Source: Octopus sinensis (lineage: Eukaryota). Taken from it: a stretch of DNA of 64,000 nucleotides. The position numbers were made by a program, and so were the translations under genes. Positions 62,822-64,000 of this stretch are shown here, piece by piece (positions within the stretch are counted from its first letter, which is position 1; each line of letters begins with the position of its first letter). The stretch covers positions 868,001-932,000 of the forward strand of contig NC_043024.1 of NCBI RefSeq assembly GCF_006345805.1. The letters run 5' to 3'. The notes beneath the pieces are model-generated. The model did not search any database and had not been told where the DNA came from. It saw nothing but the letters and a program-made list of their open reading frames with translations.

Positions 62822-63188
62822 TATGTATATATATATGCATATATCCATGTGTGTTAGTATGTTTGTGTCTGTTTGTCCCCTACCACTGCTTGACATCTGG
62901 TGTTGGTGTATTTATGTCCCCATAACTTAGTGGTTTGGTACTGGGGTCGATACATTTGACTAAAAATTCTTCAAGGCAGTGCCCCAGCATGACCGGTCTA
63001 ATGACTGAAACACGCAAAAGAGTAAAACAGAAATATAATGAACACACACACAGAAAGGTAAAAAGATTTCTTATCAATAGGGAAACAGGCATCCACTCAT
63101 CTGACCCCTAACTTTTCACACAAACCTGACAACACTTCCCTCAGCAACAAGTGCAAGGAAAGACGGTCCCAACTGTATAATCATCATT

Positions 63189-63419
63189 TTAACCCTTTCA
63201 TTACTGTATTTATTTAGAGATGCTCTGTGTTTCTTTCAATTACTTTAAATATAACAAAGAATTTACTAAAATAACTCAGTTATCATCATTCAGCTAGTGT
63301 TAGGAACATAAATTGTGACTAACGTTTGGTGGAAGATTTTAATTCAACACTTATGAAAACAAAACATTTGTACTCAGAGCCAGAGCCGGTTTCAGCCGGG
63401 TTGGTAACGAAAGAGTTAA
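63189..63419. mobile_element. TTAA MITE family 1, uninterrupted copy
   Basis: TTAA-CCCTTTCATTAC...GTAACGAAAGAG-TTAA; partial copy at 15089-15215. Confidence 0.85.
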
Positions 63420-63469
63420 TGGCCACTGTCTCATTCCATCACAAGTTATACAGAATTGTCTTGTCTTGA

Positions 63470-63620
63470 GACAGCATCCACCCGGGGTGGGTTGAGCTGG
63501 CTTCATTCATCCTCAAGGCTGCATCTCTCACAAATGCCGACCAGGCTTGGCGATTTGAGGCTAATGACCGCGTGATCTCCAACCACTCCTTATTCCAGCG
63601 GCGAATGCCATAGACAAGGG
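63470..63620 (-). mobile_element. RTE-type LINE 3' end
   Basis: LEITRSLASNRQAWSAFVRDAA. Confidence 0.6.
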
Positions 63621-64000
63621 GGCCTTGAAAAATTTTTAGTCAAATGTATCAGCCCCAGTACCAAACCACTCTAAGTTATGGGGACGTAAACACACCAACA
63701 CCAGAATTGGTTGAGGCAGATGCCCTTCCTGTTTCTATGTAGGGTAATATTTTCCCTACAACTAGATGTGAAAGGTTGAAAACAAACCAGCTTTCATGAA
63801 AACCACTTGTATGACAGTGATGCTCGTTTACAACCTCCATGTGATGTTTAGATGAGGGTAACACTCAAATGTGCACCTATGTATATGCACAAACATTGAT
63901 GCACGCAAATGCGACAGACCTGTTACCTTCATAGTTCCAAATATTAATAACACTGTGTAATACAGTTTTTGTCTTTAGATATCAACTGTTATTTCGTCTT

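Noticed and set aside
63925-64000. Possible further CerS exon ending at a GTAACA donor
   Set aside because: The phase-0 frame has a stop and lacks the expected WRFxFY motif

Overview
AT-rich, microsatellite- and SINE-dense animal genomic DNA. The repeat families look like those of an octopus (inference from recognition, not a database result). Two spliced protein-coding genes lie in tandem on the minus strand. (1) A dpy-19/DPY19L1-type C-mannosyltransferase: 21 coding exons were reconstructed by hand from ATG 38195 down to 916, all GT-AG with consistent phases, about 648 codons; the last exon lies left of the window. (2) The 3' part of a ceramide synthase (TLC/Lag1p domain): 6 exons, 62727 down to stop 56591; the 5' exons were not found and probably lie right of the window. 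Nearly all ORFs in the supplied track are microsatellite or repeat artefacts. Introns and the 18-kb intergenic region hold tRNA-type SINEs, RTE, R4/Dong-like and Penelope-like fragments, TTAA (piggyBac-type) MITEs, and a non-autonomous Helitron carrying a dimeric satellite array. The most notable extra signal is four hammerhead-ribozyme-like motifs in short elements beside (TA)n tracts. The two with intact cores are antisense to the host genes, and the two co-oriented with the host pre-mRNA have mutated cores. No CRISPR array, rRNA or intact tRNA gene was seen.
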